The notes beneath the pieces are model-generated. The model had not been told where the DNA came from. It searched no databases and worked only from the letters and a program-made list of their open reading frames with translations. A DNA stretch of 63,343 nt, counting the filler, from Rhabdomonas costata (taxonomy: Eukaryota), in assembly GCA_019059605.1 (NCBI GenBank). It is 57 parts of 57 records of this genome, joined end to end, with 100 filler letters (N's around TTAATTAATTAA, not from the genome) between each part and the next. Parts side by side here need not be neighbours in the genome. Positions count along the whole stretch, not along the records: positions 47,859 to 48,873 come from JAHMHO010033587.1; positions 48,974 to 49,986 come from JAHMHO010033588.1; positions 50,087 to 51,099 come from JAHMHO010033589.1; positions 51,200 to 52,215 come from JAHMHO010033590.1; positions 52,316 to 53,330 come from JAHMHO010033591.1; positions 53,431 to 54,443 come from JAHMHO010033592.1; positions 54,544 to 55,556 come from JAHMHO010033593.1; positions 55,657 to 56,668 come from JAHMHO010033594.1; 49 more parts are not named here. One strand, written 5' to 3'. Shown here piece by piece: positions 48,667 through 59,781 of this stretch. The stretch's first letter is position 1, and every line of letters begins with the position of its first letter. Position numbers and translations under genes: made by a program.

Positions 48667-50417
48667 TGCCTTTCGGGATTTCCAGGCGGCCTCGGCGGCC
48701 CACATCCGACGGTGGGCTTCCCAGCCCTGGCCGCCTGGTTCCTCCGGTGGGCCTGAGCTGCGCCAGCCCCTTGAGTGCACTCAGCGGTCCCGCGGCCCTG
48801 GGGTGCTCAGGGTGGGCCTACTCCCCCGACGGCACGCAGCAGCCCCTAACGCAGCAACCCTCGCAGGCCCAAANNNNNNNNNNNNNNNNNNNNNNNNNNN
48901 NNNNNNNNNNNNNNNNNTTAATTAATTAANNNNNNNNNNNNNNNNNNNNNNNNNNNNNNNNNNNNNNNNNNNNGTGTGTTGTTGCTATAAGAGGGTCAAC
49001 CACTGTGTGTGCATTTGACAAGATTCTCCTGGGTATGTTTTGAGGTCGTTCTATTCCCCACCGTCAGGGTGGCGTCACCGTTACGGTCGATTTCTGCTCG
49101 CTGTGTTGCCCCGCTCCCTCTTGTCGCTGAGTTCTAGCTCGGGGAGGAAACCCTTCACCCAGCTTTTCAGTGGAGCAGCAGTGCAGACCAATGTCAATTA
49201 AAACCCTGGCTCTAATTGTGCCCTTCACCTCCCTTGCATCTGAAGCTGATCACAAAATTCTGTTCAATGAGCGGTGAGATGGGGTAAGGTGTCAGCTGTG
49301 AACCTCACTCTTGCGGACCTCTGTTGCTGCAGTGATGTTATTTTAAAAAAAAGAACCTCACTCTTTTGGTCGGAGGTCCTTCGCGGTGAGCGTGTGGTAC
49401 TTGAGGCATCTCCTTGTGTTTTATCCCCCCCCCCCCCGCAATTCCAATGCTCTACTTTGCAGCGGTAGAAGTTAGTTGCCCACACCACTGTTGTTTTGAC
49501 ATCCACGGTGACGGATTGCATGTGCTTTGTTTGTTTTGCCTGCGAAGGTTGCTGGGATTTGCTTTGGAGGTGGGCTCCTGGTCGGAAGTTTTGGGATCAT
49601 GTTCCACAACCTCTGGCTCATCTATCTTGGTATGCCAAAGCTGGTCGTGGGCATTTTGGCCTCGCTTTGCTTTTCTGCGAAGAAAATAAAATTGTGTTAG
49701 GCGGTAGGAGACGAGCGGATGCACCGAATGTCGTCCTTCGTTTGGATTCCCATTTCCAGACTAGTATCCAAATTCTTCCGGGTTAATATGGTGCACATCA
49801 CAGACTTCAAAACAACGCTGCAAAAAAACGGCGCGCAGAAGTGAGTGCTGTTTGGTTCCTGACTTCGTTGAAGTATCCAGTCTGCCTGCTGTAATTCCCT
49901 TCTCGAGTCGAAGCCTCTGTGCAATGTATGCAGGAAATAAAACGAGGTTGCGCTAATCATAGCAGAGCAAAAGTGACGGTCGCCTGNNNNNNNNNNNNNN
50001 NNNNNNNNNNNNNNNNNNNNNNNNNNNNNNTTAATTAATTAANNNNNNNNNNNNNNNNNNNNNNNNNNNNNNNNNNNNNNNNNNNNGGGGTTTTTTAATG
50101 AAAATAGGAACTTAGTAATATATTTCACCCTCCACTCTTCTTCTGCCCTTAGCGGTGATTGGTTTTATCCCGCTGAGAGTTAATTATCCTTGTTCTGTCC
50201 AACAAGCGCTCGCATCGCATATGTCAGAACTGGGTCGACAATGTCTTTGAATCTCACGACCCGTTGCCCAAAGGTCCCCAAATGTGACTTTACCGCACCG
50301 TTTGGGATTTGGTGTGTTCATTTCAACGAGATGTCTGCGGGGCTACCGTCTTCTTTTTTGTTTTCGAGTTGTTTGAGTGTTCATCAACAAGGTGTATGGG
50401 TGGGTGGGTGTTTGCAG

Positions 50418-50713
50418 CGCTGTACTCCTGGGTCGCCTTACCCGCCATCTCGACCCCTTCAGCGGCCTACTCACGCATCGAGCACTGCACGATGGCATTC
50501 GGGAATGTGCTGCTGACCATCGCAGGCAGGGGCGATCAGCTTGCAGGGTACCCTTACCTCGACGATGTGCTGTGGAGCAGCGATGGGCTGTCGTGGACCC
50601 AGAGCACCACAGCGGCGTTCTCCTCTCCGCGGATCTCAGTGGGCTGTGGGGTGATGGGGACCCGGGCCTACGTTGTGGGTGGGTACAGCAGCGACTACGC
50701 TTACCTTAGTGAG
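50418..50713 (+). CDS. Kelch-type beta-propeller protein exon
   Basis: LLTIAG...YLDDVLWSSDGLSWTQSTTAAFSSPRISVGCGVMGTRAYVVGGY shows kelch GG and DV..S.DG..W motifs. Bounded by TTGCAG and GAG|GTAATT. Confidence 0.82.
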
Positions 50714-52439
50714 GTAATTTCTCCTGCCCGAACTCACTCACCAATCCACTCCCCCTGTTCTTCCACGCGTTTCGCTCGCATGGTGAATACACCGGTAGGT
50801 GGGTGAAGGGAAAACAGCCGAGAGTGCACTGCCAGCATTTCGCTCCACTGCCTTTCGCTTTTTATTTTGAAAAAGCCAACTAACAACAAAGCGGTCCCAA
50901 GCACCCTCTTCCTCCATCACTCCCCCCGCCACCTTCCCCAGTGTGTGTTCTACCATCTCCCTCATCCCAAACGCCCCTCTTTCCAGCACACTCTTTCGTT
51001 CCACTTTGGATGCGTTGGGTGCATGCACATCATGCCAAATATGTACTCATACTCGTAACCCCACCCTCTCACAATATCAGCAGCACAGCCACCCCCACCN
51101 NNNNNNNNNNNNNNNNNNNNNNNNNNNNNNNNNNNNNNNNNNNTTAATTAATTAANNNNNNNNNNNNNNNNNNNNNNNNNNNNNNNNNNNNNNNNNNNNG
51201 GTGTGGTGGTAAGAGCCAGCGGAGGGCCAGCCTCGGAAGAGGAGATAAAGGGTCGATGCCGCAGTGGCTCGAGAGAACCGCACCCAGGATGGCTTCACGC
51301 CGTGGACGATGGGCAGCCCCACGATTTCGCAAAGTATCCGCCCTGTCGGGCGTGGCGCAGACTAGGCTGCACTTCTGGGTGTGCCCGCACTGCGTCCGCA
51401 GCACCTCTGATACCTCCGATGACCCAATGTAGCACTTCCTGATGACCCCTTGCTGCATCGCTGGCGCAGCCGCGGCAGCCCACCACAAAGGAGTACGTAG
51501 TGGCGGAGGCGGAACGGCCCTCCCAGCGCACTGTCTCAGCTGAGAACAACAGTGGTGGTGGCAGCAGCGGCGGCGGCGGGCCTAGGGGCCGCCCTGGCAT
51601 CGCGTGCTTCACCATGGAGAGCCGGTGTACCGTCTGTTGAACTGCGCCAGCCGGGACTTCGGGAAGTCTGGGGAAGGCGTTTGGAGGCGTTTGAGCCGTC
51701 GAAGCCCGTCGCCACTCTGCTGAACTCCGAGCTGCAGGGACTGCCGAAGTTTCAGGTAAGGTCACTTGAAGCCCCTGCCCAGCCTGTTCCTTGTGGGGGC
51801 GGTCATTACATGGAATCAGGCCCAAGCGCAGCAATCGGTCTTCTGGTGTCGTAGCGCGTATCACCTCCCAGTACGGCGTGCTCTCTCTTCGTAGATGTCA
51901 GAGCGGGCCGTCTTTTTAGTGGGGTTCCGCCCATGGCGATCCCCCTCCCTTCCTCCTGAGAGTCAGGATTTGGGGGCTGGCAGCCCCTTCCAGTCGAGCC
52001 TAGCCTCAGCCCAGCCTAGAGCTTTCTTTTGGCTACAGTAACCCCAATGCATTGGTCTTGGTGGGAAGTACGCACATCATCTCGTTTGATACGCGACAGG
52101 GCCACCCAGAAGAATTGGTGGGGTCCGAACCCGGATTTCTGATTTTTTTTACGATCGCATTGTACATGTAAGTGGTGTGACAAACGAGATGATGTGCGTA
52201 CTTCCCACCAACACCNNNNNNNNNNNNNNNNNNNNNNNNNNNNNNNNNNNNNNNNNNNNTTAATTAATTAANNNNNNNNNNNNNNNNNNNNNNNNNNNNN
52301 NNNNNNNNNNNNNNNCCGTCCTCCCACTTGTTTTGTTCCACAGTCCATAGCGGAGTTGGAGATCTCCGTTGTATCCTTCCGCCATTTTGAAATTGATGCC
52401 ATCACCTTTTGAGCTCGTGCGCAACAGGTGTGGGGCCTC

Positions 52440-52480
<41 letters not shown>

Positions 52481-52660
52481 CCTTCTGTGCGTCGTGGTCC
52501 ACCCGCACGGCAGATGGGGACGCCCCGGCTGCACCGCTGAAGAGCAACGCGCGCGCCCGCACACACACTTACAACTCAACGCAAAGGACCTTTCTTACCT
52601 TTTTTTTAACCTTGAGAAAAGAATGTGGAACAGCCCGAGAGCAGGAGTGAAAGTTTGACC

Positions 52661-53257
52661 TACCTCGACCTCAATGTACACGGAGGAGAGCATCCTTGGC
52701 CCGGGAAAAAAGAACACAAAAACAAAAGTGTTTTTCATAAAAGGCAAACAGAATGACAGAAGGCAAACAGAATGACAGAAGAAGTGACAATCATCCAACC
52801 AAACACAAAAAACCATGGAACTTGCATAGTTGGCGCTCGACCCTGTCCCTTCGTGCCATACCTTTGCCCCCTCATACGGCTCCCTTTTGTCACAACTATC
52901 ACCGAAGAGCACTTTATGTAAGCATGGGCTTGCCCCCTTTTGTTCCCACTGCTTTCCTCTATCACGAGTTGCTGATGTGGCCATAACAACTTTTTTGACG
53001 CGACAAAACACAGGACGGTGAGGGACCCGAAGCAAAGTAGCAAAAGTCAGCACCACACCAGGAAAGCGTAGGGAAAGGCGAAGACAAGCCCATCCTTACA
53101 GTGAAAAGAAGGATAAAAACCTGAGCTGCTCCCTGAGCGCGGCGTTGGCCTCGCTGAGCTGTCTCAGGCGCTGGGTCAGCGCGCCCACCTCAGCCCAAGC
53201 CTGCTCCTTCTGCGCCGCCTCCTGCCGCAGCCACGCGTCCTTCTCCGTCTCAACCGC
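52661..53257 (-). CDS. Coiled-coil protein, exons 53257-53121 and ~52695-52665, probably more downstream
   Basis: AVETEKDAWLRQEAAQKEQAWAEVGALTQRLRQLSEANAALREQLR|MLSSVYIEVE with canonical splice sites; second-exon boundaries approximate. Confidence 0.6.
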
Positions 53258-54906
53258 CTGCCCCCGTGAGATAAGCGTGTAGTGTAGCACGGCGGAGGGA
53301 TGATGCTTTTCCGTTGAAGCGGCGCAATATNNNNNNNNNNNNNNNNNNNNNNNNNNNNNNNNNNNNNNNNNNNNTTAATTAATTAANNNNNNNNNNNNNN
53401 NNNNNNNNNNNNNNNNNNNNNNNNNNNNNNCTGTCACTGTATCCTCAGGCTCTGTAACAACTCTAACTGGCACCGACGTATCCGCATCTCCTATCTCCTC
53501 TACTCGAATCAAACTTCCGCACCCCAGCACGGTGTTTGACGAGGACAAAAAAGTCACAGAGGACAGAGGAGATCATCATGTTTCCCACGAAGTTGTGCTC
53601 TTGCGGTTGGTGTGAGAGCACTCGAGCACTCGAACTGAAATCAAAATCCACAGAGACAGGTCCACCGCACACCCATGGGCGCAGATATCGGCCCATTCCA
53701 AGGCAGCGCCATCGCAACCAGTACGAGCAGGGCTAATCCGAGGAGAGCGAACCCGGCCAGGGTCCGGCGAAGACTTCCCCGTAGCCATGGAGTGGCAGGC
53801 ATGGCCACCCTGCACAGCTAAGCTGAGCTTGAGCCCATGGCGTTTTTGGTGCACTTCACGAGATGAGCGAAGAGGGACATTGGAAATTCATCAAGCCCAT
53901 GGTCCGCGAGCCAAAAACCTCCACAAAGGACGAATAAATCAGTCCCTGAATGATGACAGTGAGAAGCAAAAAACAAAAACGATAAAAAGCGATGAACATA
54001 TTTGCGTGTGTGTGTGTGTGTGGGGTAACATGCTGTTTATGGCTAAGCTATAAAAAATGCCCCATACAGCAATTTAAATGGAAGAAACTTCGCATTGATC
54101 TCCCACACAACGGTGTAGACACATCATACGACGTGACACGCAAGCGAGCACAGCCGATACGGCTGCTGTAGGATAGCGAAAGTGAGCGAACCAGAAAGAA
54201 AGTATCCACCTCAGAGAATTTTCGCAAGAGCACGCAACCTGCAAAATGTCATCAAAATGGCATCATCATCATCATCATCAAAAAGCAACCTGCGCTTAGC
54301 CATTCGCGCTTTTGACAGTATGGAAAGCAACTCTGGGCTGAGCTACTACATAAAAGACATCTGAATCTCTTTTCGGGAACCGATTCCCTGTGCAAACACT
54401 CGTCACAGCTCACCCCAACAGCTGCACGTTCTGCCACCCCCCCNNNNNNNNNNNNNNNNNNNNNNNNNNNNNNNNNNNNNNNNNNNNTTAATTAATTAAN
54501 NNNNNNNNNNNNNNNNNNNNNNNNNNNNNNNNNNNNNNNNNNNGGGTTGTGTTGGAACTGTAGGAACCTTACATACAGCTGGAAATTTTTTCTGCACCAA
54601 GCTTTGGTCCGGTTTTGCTGAACCTGGGTCCGTCATTGGCTGACTGTATTTTCCATTGATGCAGGAGGACGGGGGCTTGATGATGCGCGGCATTCGTGCC
54701 TGTCTCGTTTTCAGGAGCGCATTGACCAGGTCATTGAGGTGACGCGAAAATACCCCGAGGTCCATGACCCCCCCCCTTTATCTCGAGTGCATCGAAAGAC
54801 GACGGTGCCTTTGGGGACGTTACGTTGTCTTGAGAGAGTTCTCCATGCTAAAGGTTTGGGCTGAGGGTTGTGTTGCGGTGGGCTTGTCTGCGTTCCCTTT
54901 CCTCAG

Positions 54907-55328
54907 TTCCTTGCGGAACACGGGAAGGTGGAGCTGACCCGGCAGGAGATTGCCATGCTGAAAGGTTTGCGTCGCCCTTCCCCTCCGAACCCCCAAGCCT
55001 GGACCCAAACCCAAAATCTAAACCTTGCAGGCAGTTCCAAGATATAGCGCTTTCCAGTTTTTTTCCATCGAATCTTCGCGTCATCTTTCTCGTTTTCTTT
55101 CCGCAGAATTGTGATTTGTTGAAGGTAGGATCATAAACATCGTCATTTCTGCTTTTTTCCACATCTTAATGCCATTACCTTGTCTCTTCGATGCTGTTCA
55201 TTTATATGGATCCCCCATTCTTCTCGCGCCGCTACTCCTCCCCCACAGGGAAGCTCTTCATGCACCGAATGGACGTGAACCTACACTCCGATATCCTGGA
55301 TACCCCAGACTACTTCTGGGAGCACACT
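54907..55328 (+). CDS. RMND1/Rmd1/Sif2 (DUF155) family protein, exons 54907-54964 and 55249-55328
   Basis: FLAEHGKVELTRQEIAMLKG|KLFMHRMDVNLHSDILDTPDYFWEH matches LA..GK..L.R.EI...G.LF..R..VNL.S..LDTP.FFW. Phase-1 GT-AG intron. Confidence 0.9.
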
Positions 55329-56934
55329 GTATGCGCGCGCGGAGCACCAGGACAGCTCACGCACGCACACGGTGGTGAGGTGGATGCAGTGGTTTATCTC
55401 CAATGCTTCTGCTTCTGAGAAAGTGTGGTAAAAGCATCGTACATCGAGGAAAGACTGTTTCGATGCTCCGCTTTGTTGCGTTTTTCGTCGCAGCGAAGGT
55501 GCACTGAATCAGTTTGTGTGTGTCATAGGCATCTCACCTCTTTGTTCACGCGCAAANNNNNNNNNNNNNNNNNNNNNNNNNNNNNNNNNNNNNNNNNNNN
55601 TTAATTAATTAANNNNNNNNNNNNNNNNNNNNNNNNNNNNNNNNNNNNNNNNNNNNTGTGTAGAGTGTGTTTAGGTTTTTGGTTATGCTCGCCAGCTCCT
55701 CAGTCAATGACCATAGAGCTTTGTTGCGATCCTAAAACAGCTTTCTAACGTTAACTTGCTGATATGTTTCCCAGCATTGTACCCTTGAGACTCAGTCGCG
55801 CCCGCTGCGAAGCGGCGAAGTGGCTCTTAAGCACATGGAACGACTTTGCATATGTGTTAATGCATAAACCGAGGCTGAAAATCACTGTAGCAAGGTAACT
55901 GCAATACACAAGTCACAACTTCAGCTGAATTTTTTCGGAGTCGAAAAACTATCCCTTTTTCACAGACCATTCTCCTTTTTGCAGTGAACAGGACATCATC
56001 AGAAGGCAAAAATGGGATGGAGAGAAAGGAGAGAGAAAATGCAGCGGCATATGCCTCTTGGAAAAGCACCACACGGGAGCCATTGCCCTCACTGCCGACC
56101 CGCTTCGGCTTTCTGTGGCAAAAACCAAGACAGAGTACAAGCACCGCTACGCCACCGCTCTTCCCTTGCCTTGCTTCCTTCGAAATATTCCAAGCAGGCA
56201 TACACATGGCCAACATTTTGAGGTCCAGATCATTTGGCGTCCCCGATGTTTGCAGATCTTTTAAGTTGCGTAGTCATCGCCAAGAATTTGGGATTTTCCA
56301 ATAGCAAAGCAGGCCACAGGGCGATACCCATTCCAGTTTCGTCTGCAACGTCTTGAGTGGCGGAGCACATCGGAGGTGCCCTAAATCCTTGCGACTTCAA
56401 TTTCTTGTCCTGCGTGTAGACTGCGTATAGTGCTGGATCGCCACGGGTGGGGGGGCCGCGTGGCATCGGTGCACCAATGGTAAACGCAAAGCTAGATTTT
56501 GTGTGTATGCCACTTCATATCGCTGTGCAATGTGGGAAAGCTGTAATTTTTCTTACCTCAATCAGCGTTTTTGGGGAAGTAAAAACAAAAGATATAATTT
56601 TCTCTTTTTTTTTACTTCCCCAAAAACGCTGATTGAGGTAAGAAAAATTACAGCTTTCCCACACCACANNNNNNNNNNNNNNNNNNNNNNNNNNNNNNNN
56701 NNNNNNNNNNNNTTAATTAATTAANNNNNNNNNNNNNNNNNNNNNNNNNNNNNNNNNNNNNNNNNNNNTGTTGTTTTTATGGAGAAAAAAGCAGTCTTTT
56801 TCTTTACAGCCCAGAAGGCAGGAGGCCAACTCACAGAGAACGAGAGGATAATGTGGGAGAGGATGGCAAAGAGGGGGGGGGGGGGTTGACTTCCGTTGCA
56901 ATTTTCACGATTTTTTTTCTTCTTGCGCGTTAAG

Positions 56935-57097
56935 GTGTATAGCAATGAGTTCAACATCCGGCGCTACCTCAAGGAGAGTGACCTGGTGATCGGCGCGGTG
57001 CTGATCCCCGGGGCGAAGGCCCCCCACCTGGTAACCCGGGACATGCTGAAGCTGATGAAGCCCGGCGCCGTGATCGTGGACGTCGCCATCGACCAGG
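56935..57097 (+). CDS. ald: Alanine dehydrogenase (bacterial-type AlaDH/PNT family) internal exon
   Basis: [55 protein letters not shown] carries the AlaDH signatures [14 protein letters not shown] and VDVAIDQGG. Flanked by a pyrimidine tract/AG and a GT donor. Confidence 0.93.
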
Positions 57098-59189
57098 GTT
57101 TGCATTCGTGCGCTTGGGGGTGGTCTCTGTCGTAACCCGCAAGGGTAAGCGCGTGAGGGAAACGCCGTCCAGCCCCATCCAGTGTTGTCATAATTTAACC
57201 TATTTCATTAAATCAAGGTGTTTACTTAAATGGTGATTTAATCACCCCGAAAAACGTGATTTTTATTAAATCACCATCTGTACTGCTCTGCCGGAGGGTG
57301 GCGTTGTGCATGCAACAATTCCCGACCGTCGAACTCGCTGATTGAAGTTGTTGCTGCTTGTGTGGCTGAGAGAGAGAGAGGAAGTGCAGAAAGTGGCAAC
57401 GGGAACGAGAATTCCGTGACCTGCTGGTGTGGGTGAAAATTCCTCCTGGATTTTTTTAACTGGAACCATGCGAAGGGCTTAAGCGGGTCCAAATGGAACC
57501 AAATGGCAAAGATGACGCAAGATGGATCGGGAATTTTTTACCGACACCCTGAAGGCTTGGAACTTTGCCTCTGGTTAAGTCACAATTAACCACAAAAGTC
57601 ACCCAAATCTGAAAAGGTAAGCGATAATAAGAATCACGCAAATCGCAAAAGTCACCACGAAACACAATACATTACTCACGATGAATCACAATAAATCACC
57701 TGAATTTTTCATGAACGACGAAAGTTCCCACCCCAAAAACGGGCGTAGCCCGCTCGGAGGTAATTTTTCATGTGGGGCCGNNNNNNNNNNNNNNNNNNNN
57801 NNNNNNNNNNNNNNNNNNNNNNNNTTAATTAATTAANNNNNNNNNNNNNNNNNNNNNNNNNNNNNNNNNNNNNNNNNNNNGGGTTTTGTTACAGATGAAA
57901 TGGAGTGGGGTGGGTTGGTGGGATGGAGAGGTTGGTGCTCAGCATGGCTGAGCAGCCGCTGCCTCTTCGTCGGCTTGGCGCCCCCATGCACCACTGTGCT
58001 GCATCGGCTTCTTGGCTGCTTCTCGTTTCTTTTGCCGCTCGTTTACAATCGCCCTTTTGTGACGAAGGGATGCGTTAAACAGGAAATTTTTGCTTTAAAA
58101 AAGTCATTTTCGAGCACGGGGGTTAAGTGTGCCTGTGGTCACTAGATAAGGGGGCCCGGTTTCATGTTTGGGTCATTTGGATGTGTCCTATGAGATCCGA
58201 GATCTTGTCTTTATCCATGTGCTTTGTCAGGGTTCGAGGGCTTGATCGTAGCTAGCGTGTCGTTCAGAGCCTGAGAAATCGGATGGCTTGAGTCTCCGTT
58301 GCAGAATCCGTCGTGTACCGTCTCATCACATGCGCTCGGCCTCAGTGCTTCTCCACGATATCGTAGAGTTTGCCCGGATTCAACAAGCGTATAGGCAAAA
58401 AAACGAGGAAGGAATACGAAGAAGGTAGAATGTCCCTCTTGGGAATCGTTTCGCGGCAACCCAAGGGGTTAACACAGGCATGCAGAGGTATGCATCAGTT
58501 TGCATGTGTTTTGCCCGTGCCACTTACAGGAGAGTTGGAAAAGTTGTACTAAGAAACGACCATTTGGGGCTTACAAGGAGTCTAGGGACACTGAAAAAGT
58601 CATCTTTTGTAGACCATGTCAGCGCAGTTGTTTCTTGCGCAATGGAAGTTTCTAAATTCAGGTCCCCAGGTTGTTTTACCTGTGTGCCTGTGACATTAGA
58701 TGTAGTTTTTTGCTTCGCTTTTGACATGGAGCGGGCATATGTATGTCCCCCAAAGTGCTCCGCGTCCATAAAGGTCCCTCCGGGGTCCAGACCCTTCCCT
58801 TGCGATTTCAGCACGATCTCTTGAATCCCCCTTTTCTCCGTGCCCGCTTTCTTGATTTTTTTCTCAATCGGATGGAGAAAAAAACCAAAAAAANNNNNNN
58901 NNNNNNNNNNNNNNNNNNNNNNNNNNNNNNNNNNNNNTTAATTAATTAANNNNNNNNNNNNNNNNNNNNNNNNNNNNNNNNNNNNNNNNNNNNTTTTGGT
59001 GGTGGAGGACGTCACAGTTTGGAAGTGACGCCGACATGGACAATGTGTGCGCACCTTCAAAACCTTTCGAAATTCCCTGGCGGTAGCAAACACCTTTGTT
59101 TTCTTCAGGAGCCCGGGGCTCCAGATTTAGGATTTCGTTTTTTGTGCGCCTTGTGTGTGCCACCTTTCCGGCATCTCCTGTGCCCGCAG

Positions 59190-59781
59190 ATCATTGAGAA
59201 GGTTGTCACCGTTCCCGAGGTACACATTGTTGAGGTTCCTGTGGAAAAAGTCACCGAGAAGATCGTGCGCGTGCCCGAGGTGCAGCACATTGAGGTGTGT
59301 GCCCAGAGTGACGGCGCGGGGATGTGTGATTCTTTCATGTTGTTCTCGCCTGAACTTCTTCCCCCATCCTCTGTAACCTCCTGCTTCTATTCTTCGCAAT
59401 TGTCTAGCCGGTACCCCGAGGCAAAATTCGAAGTGACGCAAGCACCCAGCGCACAGACTTTTTGTTGCTTCTCCTCTCTCTCTGCATTCGATGAGTTTGA
59501 TGAACGCTTCTTTCCTCTTCCGTTTCGTTCTCTCCTTTTTCTGCCCACAGGTTCCGATTGAGAAGATTGTGCGGGTGCCCGAGGTACGGGTGGTGGAGGT
59601 CCCGATCGAGCACATCGTGGAGAAGGTGGTGCAGGTGGCACAGCTGACAGAGCGCGAGGTGCCCGTGGAGCGGGTCGTCGAGCGCGTGGTGAAAGTCCCG
59701 GAAGTCCGCGAGGTCACCGTACCCATCGAGAGGATCGTCACCGCACCGGTTACTACCACTGTGGAGGTCCCCATTGAGAGG
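59190..59781 (+). CDS. Articulin-like (VPV-repeat epiplasm/pellicle) protein, exons 59190-59294 and 59551-59781
   Basis: IIEKVVTVPEVHIVEVPVEKVTEKIVRVPEVQHIE|VPIEKIVRVPEVRVVEVPIEHIVEKVVQV...EVPVERVVERVVKVPEVREVTVPIER; both exons are phase 0/0 with GT-AG boundaries. Confidence 0.88.
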
